Positions 20,724 through 28,778 of a stretch of 64,000 nucleotides of DNA are shown here, in pieces. Source of the DNA: an uncultured Acidobacteriota bacterium (GTDB lineage: Bacteria > Acidobacteriota > Thermoanaerobaculia > Gp7-AA8); assembly GCA_963741955.1 (NCBI GenBank), contig CAVUKB010000006.1:448001-512000 (forward strand). The letters run 5' to 3'. The notes beneath the pieces were generated by a model. The model was not told where the DNA came from. It saw nothing but the letters and a program-made list of their open reading frames with translations, and did no database searches. The number at the start of each line of letters is the position of its first letter. Within the stretch, counting starts at the first letter, position 1. Made by a program: the position numbers and the translations under genes.

Positions 20724-22272
20724 CTATTGCGAGGAGAGGGTTCCCTGCCGCCCGCTCATCACGAAACCGGCTTCGCTGCAGTACCGGCCGCCGTCGTGCG
20801 CCGCCCACCAGCTGCTGGAGGTCGAGCACGTGTACGGCCAGCCGTAGTCGTAACCGGCCGGGAGGAGTTGCACTGTGGGGGAGACTTCCATGCGCTTCGC
20901 TCCATCCGAGAGTTGCAGGGCGACGCCGTAATCGACGCCGAGGCGCTGGCCGTCACCGGTGGAGTCGGTGCTGCTCTGGTTCCAGGTCCAGAAGCCGCTC
21001 TGGAGAGTGGCCGGAGGGATTGCGCTGCAGTAGACGTTCGGATTGCCGGCGTTGCAGAATCCCTGCGAGTGATACGTCACGTCGCCGGAGTAATGCGAGA
21101 CGTAAATGCTGGTCTGGCTCGCGATTCCGGTGGTCCAGCTGTTGGAGCAGACCTCGTACCAGGTGTAGTTCTGATATCCGTCGGCGCAACTTCCGTGACC
21201 TGAAGCGTTCGACCAGGAGCTCGTCGCTGCCACGTTCGCCAGAGCGAACGAATCGAGTGTCAGTCCCTGTGAGGTCTCGTCGACCGAGAGAGTGGCGAGG
21301 GGAAAGGTGAACTCTCCGTAGTAGTAGGCCCAGAACGGTGCGGCCGGAGTAGAAGCCGTCCCGCCCCTGGTCGACTGAGACATCCTGCGTGCCCGGGTAG
21401 CTGTACCAGCCGTCGATGATAGTGCGGTCGTGAACGTCGTAGTCATACGCACTGATCGACCATGCCGCAGGGGTCACGACCTGCTGCGGGTCCGCTCTCT
21501 GCCGGAGTCGCCGCCGCGATCTCGATGCTTCCGTCGACGGCGTTGTTGCTGCTGTCGTAGTCACCCGGGGTCACGTTCGAGAGTCTCACCGTCATCTTCT
21601 TCGTACCTGCCGCGGCGAAAACGTGGGAGAACTGACAGGTCACCGCACTCCCGGCGTTCACCCAGATGCCGTTCGCCTGGTCGACCGTCGCACCATCGAC
21701 GTCGAGGACGCAGTTCGCGTCGGCTCCCGTGTCGCCGTTCACCTCGTTCACCAGGGCCGAGATGGTCACCTTGGTGCTCATCGGCGCCTGCGCCGGGGCA
21801 TCGATCGAATTGACGGCCAGGTCCGGAGCGAGACGCACGGTGGCGTCGGCTTCGACCACATCACTCCGCTTGTCGATCCCGGAGACGTTGGCCTGAATCT
21901 CCACTCTCTCGCCGGTCATCACGTCCGGAAGATCGAGAACCGCGGTCGGCGCCCGACGGCTTGAAGTTGCGGCTCAACCGGAGCTTCCCATTCGCGTCGT
22001 AAATCTTGAGTTGCATCTTGTCGATGTTGCCGGCCGGTGCGCCGTCACCCGCCCGCGAGGCGATCGCCGTGAGGGTGGTGGTGCTCTGACCCCGAAGCGC
22101 CGTGACCGTCAGCTCGGCATTGCCGGAGCGGCCGGTCGCTTTCGCGGCTCTCGGTCACCTTGTACTTTTCCGTATTGGAGTGAAAAACCGGACTCGTGAT
22201 GTCCTCGGCAAACACGACCCCGCTCATCATCACCAGCATCCCGACGGCTGCAAAAATCTTCTCTCCTCGCAT
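20724..22272 (-). pseudogene. Secreted Ig/CARDB-like protein broken by four frameshifts (pseudogene or assembly indels)
   Basis: Signal peptide MRGEKIFAAVGMLVMMSGVVFA; coding sense continues over frame switches near 22150, 21950, 21497, 21336. Confidence 0.7.
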
Positions 22273-22356
22273 GTTCGACTCCTCTTCGTTTCGTTCGGGT
22301 TCTGCAGCAGGAGTCGTACGGGTGGCAGGAAAAATACAGGGAGCCGAACGGTCGGA

Positions 22357-23062
22357 GGGCATCGCGGATCGTGGATCGAAAAGCAGCGCGGATCGTGGAT
22401 TGAGGATCGTGGATCTGAAAGACATCGATTATCGTGTATCGCGCATCGAGGATCCGAGATGCATCGACGCTCGAGGTTCCGCGGCCAGCCCCGTAGGGGC
22501 GTTTGACAATAGCCCAGGACGCAGTCCTGGGGTTCCGGTCCTGCAGCCCACACTCCCTCAGCCCCGGAGGGGCGATTGAACCATCCCATTCCTCGAGGCT
22601 CGAAGGACATCGTGGATCGTGGATTGAGGATCGCGGATCTGAAAGACATCGATTATCGCGTATCGCGCATCGAGGATCCGAGGTGCATCGACGCCCGTGG
22701 TTCGGGCACAGCCCCGTAGGGGCGTTTGACAATAGCCCGGGACGCAGTCCTGGGTTTCCGGTCCTGCAGCCCACACTCCCTCAGCCCCGGAGGGGCGATT
22801 GAACCATCCCATTCCTCGAGGCTCGAAGGACATCGTGGATCGTGGATTGAGGATCGCGGATCTGAAAGACGTCGAGGGGCTCGCATCGTGGATCAAACAG
22901 CCTCGCGCATCGAGGATCCGAGGTGCATCGACGCCCGTGGTTCGGGCACAGCCCCGTAGGGGCGTTTGACAATAGCCCGGGACGCAGTCCTGGGTTTCCG
23001 GTCCGGAAGCGCCCCGAGAGCCCCGTAGGGGCCATTGAACGATTGAACCATCCGATTCCTCG
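22357..23062. repeat. Three tandem 220-240 bp units of REP-like family A with GGATCGT heptamers
   Basis: GCCCCGTAGGGGCGTTTGACAATAGCCC(A/G)GGACGCAGTCCTGGG near 22488, 22711, 22951. Confidence 0.88.
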
Positions 23063-23206
23063 ACCCGCGGACGTTCGTGAACGTTCCGCCGCTCAGAAAT
23101 CAGTGCCCGAGCGGAGATTTCACGAAAACGACCGTCGAATCGCAGTGGACTGCCATCGTTTCGAGTTGGAGACTTCCAGGCTGGCAGGAGAAAGGAATTT
23201 CAGAGT

Positions 23207-23284
23207 TGGGGTGGGTAGTGGGATTCGAACCCACGACCTTCGGAGCCACAATCCGACGTTCTAACCAACTGAACTATACCCACC
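23207..23284 (-). tRNA. tRNA-His(GTG)
   Basis: Reverse complement GGTGGGTATAGTTCAGTTGGTTAGAACGTCGGATTGTGGCTCCGAAGGTCGTGGGTTCGAATCCCACTACCCACCCCA; G-1:C73 signature. Confidence 0.97.
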
Positions 23285-23313
23285 ACAAGGGGCAAACAAC
23301 GACGCGGGCGATC

Positions 23314-23390
<77 letters not shown>

Positions 23391-23416
23391 ACGGAACCGC
23401 GCCGCAGAGGCCCGGC

Positions 23417-23446
23417 AATCTAAATCCACGCCCCTGCGACTGTCAA
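23417..23446 (-). promoter_or_regulatory. Putative sigma70 promoter for tRNA-Pro/tRNA-His
   Basis: TTGACA-18nt-TAGATT followed by GC-rich discriminator. Confidence 0.65.
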
Positions 23447-23510
23447 GCAACATGGCGGGTGCGAATCGAATTTCGCAGATTCCAGGCGACTCGAATTCGG
23501 CTCGTACAGC

Positions 23511-23612
23511 AACCCGGGGACTGCGACCCGGGCTATTGTCAAACGCCCCTACGGGGCTGTCCCCGAACCTCGGCCCTCGATGTCTTTCAGATCCTCGATC
23601 CGCGATGCCTTT
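23511..23612. repeat. REP-like family A unit, inverted orientation
   Basis: cccggggactgcgacccgggctattgtcaaacgcccctacggggct. Confidence 0.8.
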
Positions 23613-23650
23613 CGAGCTTGTCACCCTCCGCTCTTCGACGGCTGCGCGTC

Positions 23651-24601
23651 TCATCGGGCGGTCGGACGTGCGCCGGTCAGCTCATGCTCGAACCATTTCC
23701 ACGTCCGCGCGAGACCGTCTTCCAGTTCGACCGGCTCGGGAAGTCCGGTCAGGTTGCGAAGCTTCGTCCCATCGAGGACGCTCCTCTGCTGCTCGCCGGC
23801 TTTCGCCGGGCCGTGAACGGACGGGACCTCGATCCCGGAGACCTTCCGCAGGGTCGCGTAGAGGTCGACCACCGAAGTCTCGACCCCGGTTCCGACGTTG
23901 AAGGAGCCTTCGAGCTTCATCGAAGAGGCAGCCATGTTCGCGCGAACGACATCGGCGACGAAGACGTAGTCGCGGGTCTGAGCTCCGTCGCCGTTGATGG
24001 TCACCGGCTCGCCCCGCAGCATTTTCCCGGCGAAGATCGCGACCACTCCCGCTTCGCCGTCCGCGCGCTGCCTCGGGCCGTAGACGTTCGCGTAGCGGAG
24101 CGCCACCGCGGAGAGGCCGAAGACCTGGCGGTAGTAGTTGAGGTACTGCTCGAATGCGAACTTCGAGCAGCCATACGGCGACATCGGCATGGCGGGATGT
24201 TCCTCGGTCTGAGGGACGTGGATCGGATCGCCGTAGATCGCTCCGCCGCTCGACGCGAAGACGATCCGCTCGACGCCGGACTCCTTCGCCGCTTGCAGCA
24301 GACGCAACGCTCCGACGACGTTCACCTCTGCGTCGAAAGCCGGATCGGCCACCGAGTGCCGGACGTCCATCTGCGCTGCGTGATGACTGACCAGATCGAC
24401 ACCGCCTTCGAACGCACGCGCCACGGCACCGGCGTCGTTGAGGTCACCAACGACGAGCTCCGCACGCGGGTCGACGTTCTCACGCCGTCCCGTCGAAAGG
24501 TTGTCGAGAATGCGCACCTTCCAACCGTCGGCGAGATATGCGTCGGCCAGATGCGATCCGATGAAGCCGGCCCCGCCGGTAATGAGAACGGTTTTCGTCA
24601 T
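23651..24601 (-). CDS. NAD-dependent epimerase/dehydratase (UDP-glucose 4-epimerase-like)
   Basis: [26 protein letters not shown] (YxxxK), [17 protein letters not shown]. Confidence 0.92.
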   Translation of the reverse strand: MTKTVLITGGAGFIGSHLADAYLADGWKVRILDNLSTGRRENVDPRAELVVGDLNDAGAVARAFEGGVDLVSHHAAQMDVRHSVADPAFDAEVNVVGALRLLQAAKESGVERIVFASSGGAIYGDPIHVPQTEEHPAMPMSPYGCSKFAFEQYLNYYRQVFGLSAVALRYANVYGPRQRADGEAGVVAIFAGKMLRGEPVTINGDGAQTRDYVFVADVVRANMAASSMKLEGSFNVGTGVETSVVDLYATLRKVSGIEVPSVHGPAKAGEQQRSVLDGTKLRNLTGLPEPVELEDGLARTWKWFEHELTGARPTAR

Positions 24602-25018
24602 TCAGTTCCCCTTCTCCCCTTTCTCCAGAATCAAGGTCTGTCGCTGCGACAGTTCCTGGCGGTCATTGAGCACCCTTCCTTCCATCTCGATCCAAGCGTG
24701 GCCGATCACGGCCTTTCCGGGATCTCGGTCGAGCGACACACGTAGAACGGCGGGATATCCCCGGCGCAGAAGCATGTCGCGAAGTGCGAGAGACCTGGTA
24801 AGGCAAGCCGGACGGAGAACGTGCCACCGGGCCGCCGCAGCAAGATCCCGTGCGATCGTCTCCGCGGACTTCGCCGGGACGCGCCGTGCCGGCTTTATCG
24901 GCAGAAGCATCGTCCGGATGACGTGTCGGGGGCGGAATGCGACCATCGCACTCGCCCAGGTCAGCCGAAGGTACGCCTCGGCGAACAGCAACAGGTCTGA
25001 CACGGTGAACGGCGGCAT
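24602..25018 (-). CDS. Lasso peptide B2-type transglutaminase-like leader peptidase
   Basis: CLTRSLAL...LLRRGYPAVLRV...GHAWIE...ND: catalytic Cys/His motif of B2 proteases; follows RRE gene. Confidence 0.85.
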   Translation of the reverse strand: MPPFTVSDLLLFAEAYLRLTWASAMVAFRPRHVIRTMLLPIKPARRVPAKSAETIARDLAAAARWHVLRPACLTRSLALRDMLLRRGYPAVLRVSLDRDPGKAVIGHAWIEMEGRVLNDRQELSQRQTLILEKGEKGN

Positions 25019-25037
25019 AACCCCGGTTCCCCGGCAC

Positions 25038-25304
25038 TCACTCTTTCGGGCTGACGAAACCGCGATCGCGGAGGAGCTCGAGAAAATCCGCGACGTCCCG
25101 ATCCGCTTCCTCGCGAGGAATTCCGTATTCGCGCGCAAGCTCGGTGGCAATGGCGGCGTCGTCATTCTCGCGGAGCCGCTTCCAGATGAAGCTCCCGGTC
25201 GGATTCAGCCCGAGGGTCGTGCCGGTCGCAACGTCGACGAGCACGGCTTCCGGTCCGACCATCTGCCAGGCAACGGACGATGTCGTTTCCCATTTCATGT
25301 TCAC
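25038..25304 (-). CDS. PqqD family RiPP recognition element (RRE)
   Basis: 88 aa; EAVLVD...GLNPTGSFIW..L...IATELAREYGIPREEADRDVADFLELLRDRGFV. Confidence 0.92.
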   Translation of the reverse strand: MNMKWETTSSVAWQMVGPEAVLVDVATGTTLGLNPTGSFIWKRLRENDDAAIATELAREYGIPREEADRDVADFLELLRDRGFVSPKE

Positions 25305-25311
25305 GTTGCTC

Positions 25312-26121
25312 CTACGATTTTCTCGCCACCACGTGCGCGTATCCGTGAATCACAGTTGCGACGATCTCGTACCCCGCCTCCCTCAACTCGTCTTCAACTT
25401 CGCCGGGCGTGTACATACGGCGATAGAAGAATGTCGCCATAGACTCTCCGGGCTCGAGCGGCCGCCGTCCCAGGATTCTACGGAGGACGCTCGCCACCCG
25501 TCGTCTCACGCCGACGGAGCGCGATTCGCCGCCCCGCTTCCAGAACGATACGAGCAGAGGCGCGCCCGGTCGCAGACCGCGATGGATGGCGCGGAGGAAT
25601 TCTATCCTACGCTCCCGTCCGATCATGTGGGTGTACGCCGCCCATCCGACCACGGCGCCGTCGAATGGAGCATTTCTCTCCGGAACCGCGTCCGGAGCAG
25701 CGAAGAGTGTCTCTACCGAACCTCGAGGAGCGAGCTTCTCGACGTTTGCGCAGAGCTCGCGATACAACTCCGGAACACACTCGGTCGCCGTGACCTGATG
25801 GCCCCGCCGGACCAGATCGAGGACCTCCCGCCCTCCACCTGCACTGGTCACGAGGAGATGTCCGTCCGCCGGAAAGTGCTTCGTGATCGCTCTCTCTTCC
25901 CACGCGTAAAGCCCGGCCAGAGTGTGGTGGTCGTCCCGGTACTTCCCGTCCGTCCGGTAGTCCTCGGCCGTCATACGGTCGAGCGTTTCATCCGATGCAA
26001 AACAGAAGATCAGCAACTCTACGGCAGCGATCCAGTGGCGTACGAAGAAATTCGGAAGGCGGTAGGCCGCACGGAGCAGCTTCACGGTACCGCTCGCACG
26101 CGTTTTCGTCGGAGGCGTCAT
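25312..26121 (-). CDS. Class I SAM-dependent methyltransferase
   Basis: GLYAWEE..I; LLVTSAGGGRE motif I variant; FDGAVVGW; LRPGAPLLVSF; translationally coupled. Confidence 0.78.
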   Translation of the reverse strand: MTPPTKTRASGTVKLLRAAYRLPNFFVRHWIAAVELLIFCFASDETLDRMTAEDYRTDGKYRDDHHTLAGLYAWEERAITKHFPADGHLLVTSAGGGREVLDLVRRGHQVTATECVPELYRELCANVEKLAPRGSVETLFAAPDAVPERNAPFDGAVVGWAAYTHMIGRERRIEFLRAIHRGLRPGAPLLVSFWKRGGESRSVGVRRRVASVLRRILGRRPLEPGESMATFFYRRMYTPGEVEDELREAGYEIVATVIHGYAHVVARKS

Positions 26122-26939
26122 CGACCTGCGCCGGCGTCCTCGAGAGCGCGGACGAACGGCTCCCACACCGGCGCTTCCGGCGACCATCCCATCCGAAACA
26201 CCGGAATGCTCTCGACGAGATTCTGGATGTTCAAGAGCGTCGCCTCCCACAGCCCGCGAACCGGATACACACGCAGCGACCGGACCAGAGCCTTCACCGC
26301 GTCTCCTCGCTCGAGCCGTGACAGCGAGAACCGGGCACTCTTGTCCAGCTCGGCCACAGCCCCCATCGCCACCATCCCGCGAGGGGCATCCATCGCAGCC
26401 AGCGCGCCCCAGAAGCCGTTGGCACCGAGCACGAACGGCATCCCTCGCACCACCACTTCCTCATCGGAAATGACGTCGAAAGGGCTCGTGGAAGCAAGCG
26501 TCGTTTTTCCCGCCCCCGAGGGACCGAAGAAGGCCCAACCACGCGCCCCGTCGGACACCGCAGCTCCGTGCAGCGCGAATCCGCCGTCCAGCGGGAGCAC
26601 CGCGGTCAGAGCGGTTCTCAACGCCGCCATGAATGCGTACGTACAGCGGTGGCGGCGAAATAGACTTCCCCTCCGCTCGAATGGAAGGACCTCGGCCTGA
26701 AAGTCGTCGTGGACGACTCGCACACGATCCTCGAACCAGACGATGCGAGCCGGGGTTCCGCGCTTCGGTACGTCGGGGAATTGAAAGATCGCCTCCGGCA
26801 CGATGTCCATCCGGAATTCCGGGAGCGGCGAGACGGCGGTGGGGGTTCCGATGGTTCGGAGGTAAGTTTCTTCTTCCTGAGTAAACGGGAAGCCGCCGAG
26901 ATTTTCGATCCGAAATGGAAGTTCCGCGAGATGGATCAA
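26118..26939 (-). CDS. HPr kinase-related P-loop protein (PadeK/ScmC-like)
   Basis: LHGAAV...FFGPSGAGKTTLA...ISDEEVVVR; overlaps neighbours by 4 nt. Confidence 0.8.
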   Translation of the reverse strand: MIHLAELPFRIENLGGFPFTQEEETYLRTIGTPTAVSPLPEFRMDIVPEAIFQFPDVPKRGTPARIVWFEDRVRVVHDDFQAEVLPFERRGSLFRRHRCTYAFMAALRTALTAVLPLDGGFALHGAAVSDGARGWAFFGPSGAGKTTLASTSPFDVISDEEVVVRGMPFVLGANGFWGALAAMDAPRGMVAMGAVAELDKSARFSLSRLERGDAVKALVRSLRVYPVRGLWEATLLNIQNLVESIPVFRMGWSPEAPVWEPFVRALEDAGAGR

Positions 26940-27982
26940 GCGCTCGCGCGCTCCTTCCGGCGCCGCTCTTCGGCGACCTCCCAGGCGATCTCCGCGCGCG
27001 TGAGGAACGCCGGGTCGGGGTTCAGAGGATCCCCGGTCGCCTCGGCGGCGAGCGCGGGACAGTACGAGTAGATCGAATACGGAGGTTCCATCGTGCGCAT
27101 CCGTCCATTCGCGTCGTCTGCAACCGTCGCAGCATCGCGCCGGACCTGCGAGGTCCTCCAGAGCTCACGAAGCCGGATCTCACGTACGTTCCCCAGAGAC
27201 GTATGCCGCCACTGGATACAGGGGAAGACGTTTCCTTCGGGGTCAACGGCCATGGTGATGCGCCCCAGCCCGCAGTTGGCGGCCTTCTCCGGACGCTCGA
27301 TGAATCCGAGGGTATTCGATTCGAGTCCGATCTCGGCAACCCGCCGCATCGCGTCACGCGAGGCGGTGTAAACCAGTGGACCACGATCTCCATCGTCGCG
27401 GGGAGTGATCGTCGCATCCATCCGGTACTTCACGCCGAGGGAGGCAGCGAGGTCGAGCATCTGATCGATCTGATGCTCGTTCAGATTCGTCACGGGCGTC
27501 TTCAGAAGTACTCGCACTCCTTCATCACGAAGGCGCGTCAACCCGGAGAGCATCGCGTCGAAGGACCCCGGGAGTCCGGTCGTCCGGTCGTGGACGTCCC
27601 GCGTCGCCCCGTGCATGCTGATCTCCACAGCTGCCGGCTGCAACGCAGCGATCTCTTTCGCCGTCTCCGCGTCGACCAGACTTCCGTTCGTGAAGACCCG
27701 CAATGCGAACGCGCGTTCCCGAACCGCCTTCGCTACGGAAAGGAAGTCCGGGCTCGCCAGCGCTTCTCCTCCCGTGAGTGTGACGGTGAGGGTGCCGAGC
27801 TCGCGTAGATCGTCGAGGACGGTCATCCATTCGTCGCGCTCGAGCCGGCGGACATCGGAATGCCGCGGGTTGTAGCAGAAGACGCACCTCCAGTTGCAGC
27901 GGTACGTCAGCTCGAGAGACGCGGTGAGGGGCTGAGCGAGTGCGAATGCCCGGTCGGAGAACGAGCTGGAAGGAGTACCCAT
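26936..27982 (-). CDS. Radical SAM enzyme with SPASM/Twitch-type C-terminal domain
   Basis: ELTYRCNWRCVFCY (CxxxCxxC), LTGGEA, FTNG, ISMHG; C-term CGLGR...DPEGNVFPC...YCPALA. Confidence 0.95.
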   Translation of the reverse strand: MGTPSSSFSDRAFALAQPLTASLELTYRCNWRCVFCYNPRHSDVRRLERDEWMTVLDDLRELGTLTVTLTGGEALASPDFLSVAKAVRERAFALRVFTNGSLVDAETAKEIAALQPAAVEISMHGATRDVHDRTTGLPGSFDAMLSGLTRLRDEGVRVLLKTPVTNLNEHQIDQMLDLAASLGVKYRMDATITPRDDGDRGPLVYTASRDAMRRVAEIGLESNTLGFIERPEKAANCGLGRITMAVDPEGNVFPCIQWRHTSLGNVREIRLRELWRTSQVRRDAATVADDANGRMRTMEPPYSIYSYCPALAAEATGDPLNPDPAFLTRAEIAWEVAEERRRKERASA

Positions 27983-27989
27983 CAGGCGC

Positions 27990-28154
27990 TCAGCTGAAGG
28001 TTCCGCCGATCTGACAACCCGTATCGCCCACCGTCTTCGAGCAGCTCACTCCGACGGCGGCAGCATCGAGCTGCTGTTCCCAGGCGATGGCTGGCTTCTC
28101 GTAATCTGGCCGGTGCTCTCCCTGGCTCTCGGAGGGGGTTTCTGTTTCTTTCAA
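27990..28154 (-). CDS. Putative RiPP precursor peptide (54 aa)
   Basis: AAGGAG RBS then TTG; MKETETPSESQGEHRPDYEKPAIAWEQQLDAAAVGVSCSKTVGDTGCQIGGTFS; stop 7 nt upstream of rSAM start. Confidence 0.82.
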   Translation of the reverse strand: MKETETPSESQGEHRPDYEKPAIAWEQQLDAAAVGVSCSKTVGDTGCQIGGTFS

Positions 28155-28222
28155 CAGGTCTCCTTGTGGTGTACCTACGAGTTTACTTGAAAAACCAGCC
28201 ATGTTCCTGCGAATCAGGCCGG

Positions 28223-28765
28223 TTACGGTCGGATCTGGAATGAAGCCGGAGCCGCGCACTTCAGTGGGTCGCCGTCCACGTACGCCTCTGCCTTCCAGGT
28301 CCCGTACAACGAATGACTCATGATCAATGTTCCGGCGACCGGAAGCCGCACGCTGGTTCCGAGCTCCTTTCCTTTCGACCAGCTCACCGGTTCGAGCACG
28401 CGCACCGGCATCGGAAGCGGATAGTCTTCGAGCTTCCTCTGTTTTCCTTTCCCATTCGCGTCGTACGTGAAGGGAATCGCGGTCGACTGGTAGAGATAGC
28501 CGTGGGGAGTGAAGATCCTCACTTCCACCTGGTGGTCGCCGGAGAAGCGATTCGCCGAGCCAGGGTTGAACAAGACCCAGAGATCGATGTCCAGGATCCG
28601 GGTCGCGGAGAAGCCGGCTGCGGGCGCTCCTCCGTCCGATTGCATCGATGTGGCCACCACGGAGACACACCCGCCGTTCCCGCCGGCAGCAGCGAATGCG
28701 GGTGAAACCGCACCTGCGAAGACGACGGTCATCGCCAGAAGAGTCGATCGTATCGTTTTCATCAT
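28223..28765 (-). CDS. Secreted ~180-aa beta-rich protein (paralog of 35717-36256)
   Basis: Signal peptide; two Cys; about 22 substitutions in ~150 mature residues versus second copy (hand alignment). Confidence 0.85.
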   Translation of the reverse strand: MMKTIRSTLLAMTVVFAGAVSPAFAAAGGNGGCVSVVATSMQSDGGAPAAGFSATRILDIDLWVLFNPGSANRFSGDHQVEVRIFTPHGYLYQSTAIPFTYDANGKGKQRKLEDYPLPMPVRVLEPVSWSKGKELGTSVRLPVAGTLIMSHSLYGTWKAEAYVDGDPLKCAAPASFQIRP

Positions 28766-28778
28766 TCACTCTCCCCTG

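Noticed and set aside
23651-28154. Classical lasso peptide or PQQ biosynthesis cluster
   Set aside because: No adjacent lasso cyclase, no Thr(-2) or well-placed ring Asp; no pqqB/pqqC and no ExxxY PqqA motif
27990-28769. 259-aa ORF in the ORF track
   Set aside because: Overlaps the real 180-aa secreted gene out of frame; only the last 54 codons have their own RBS and look genuine
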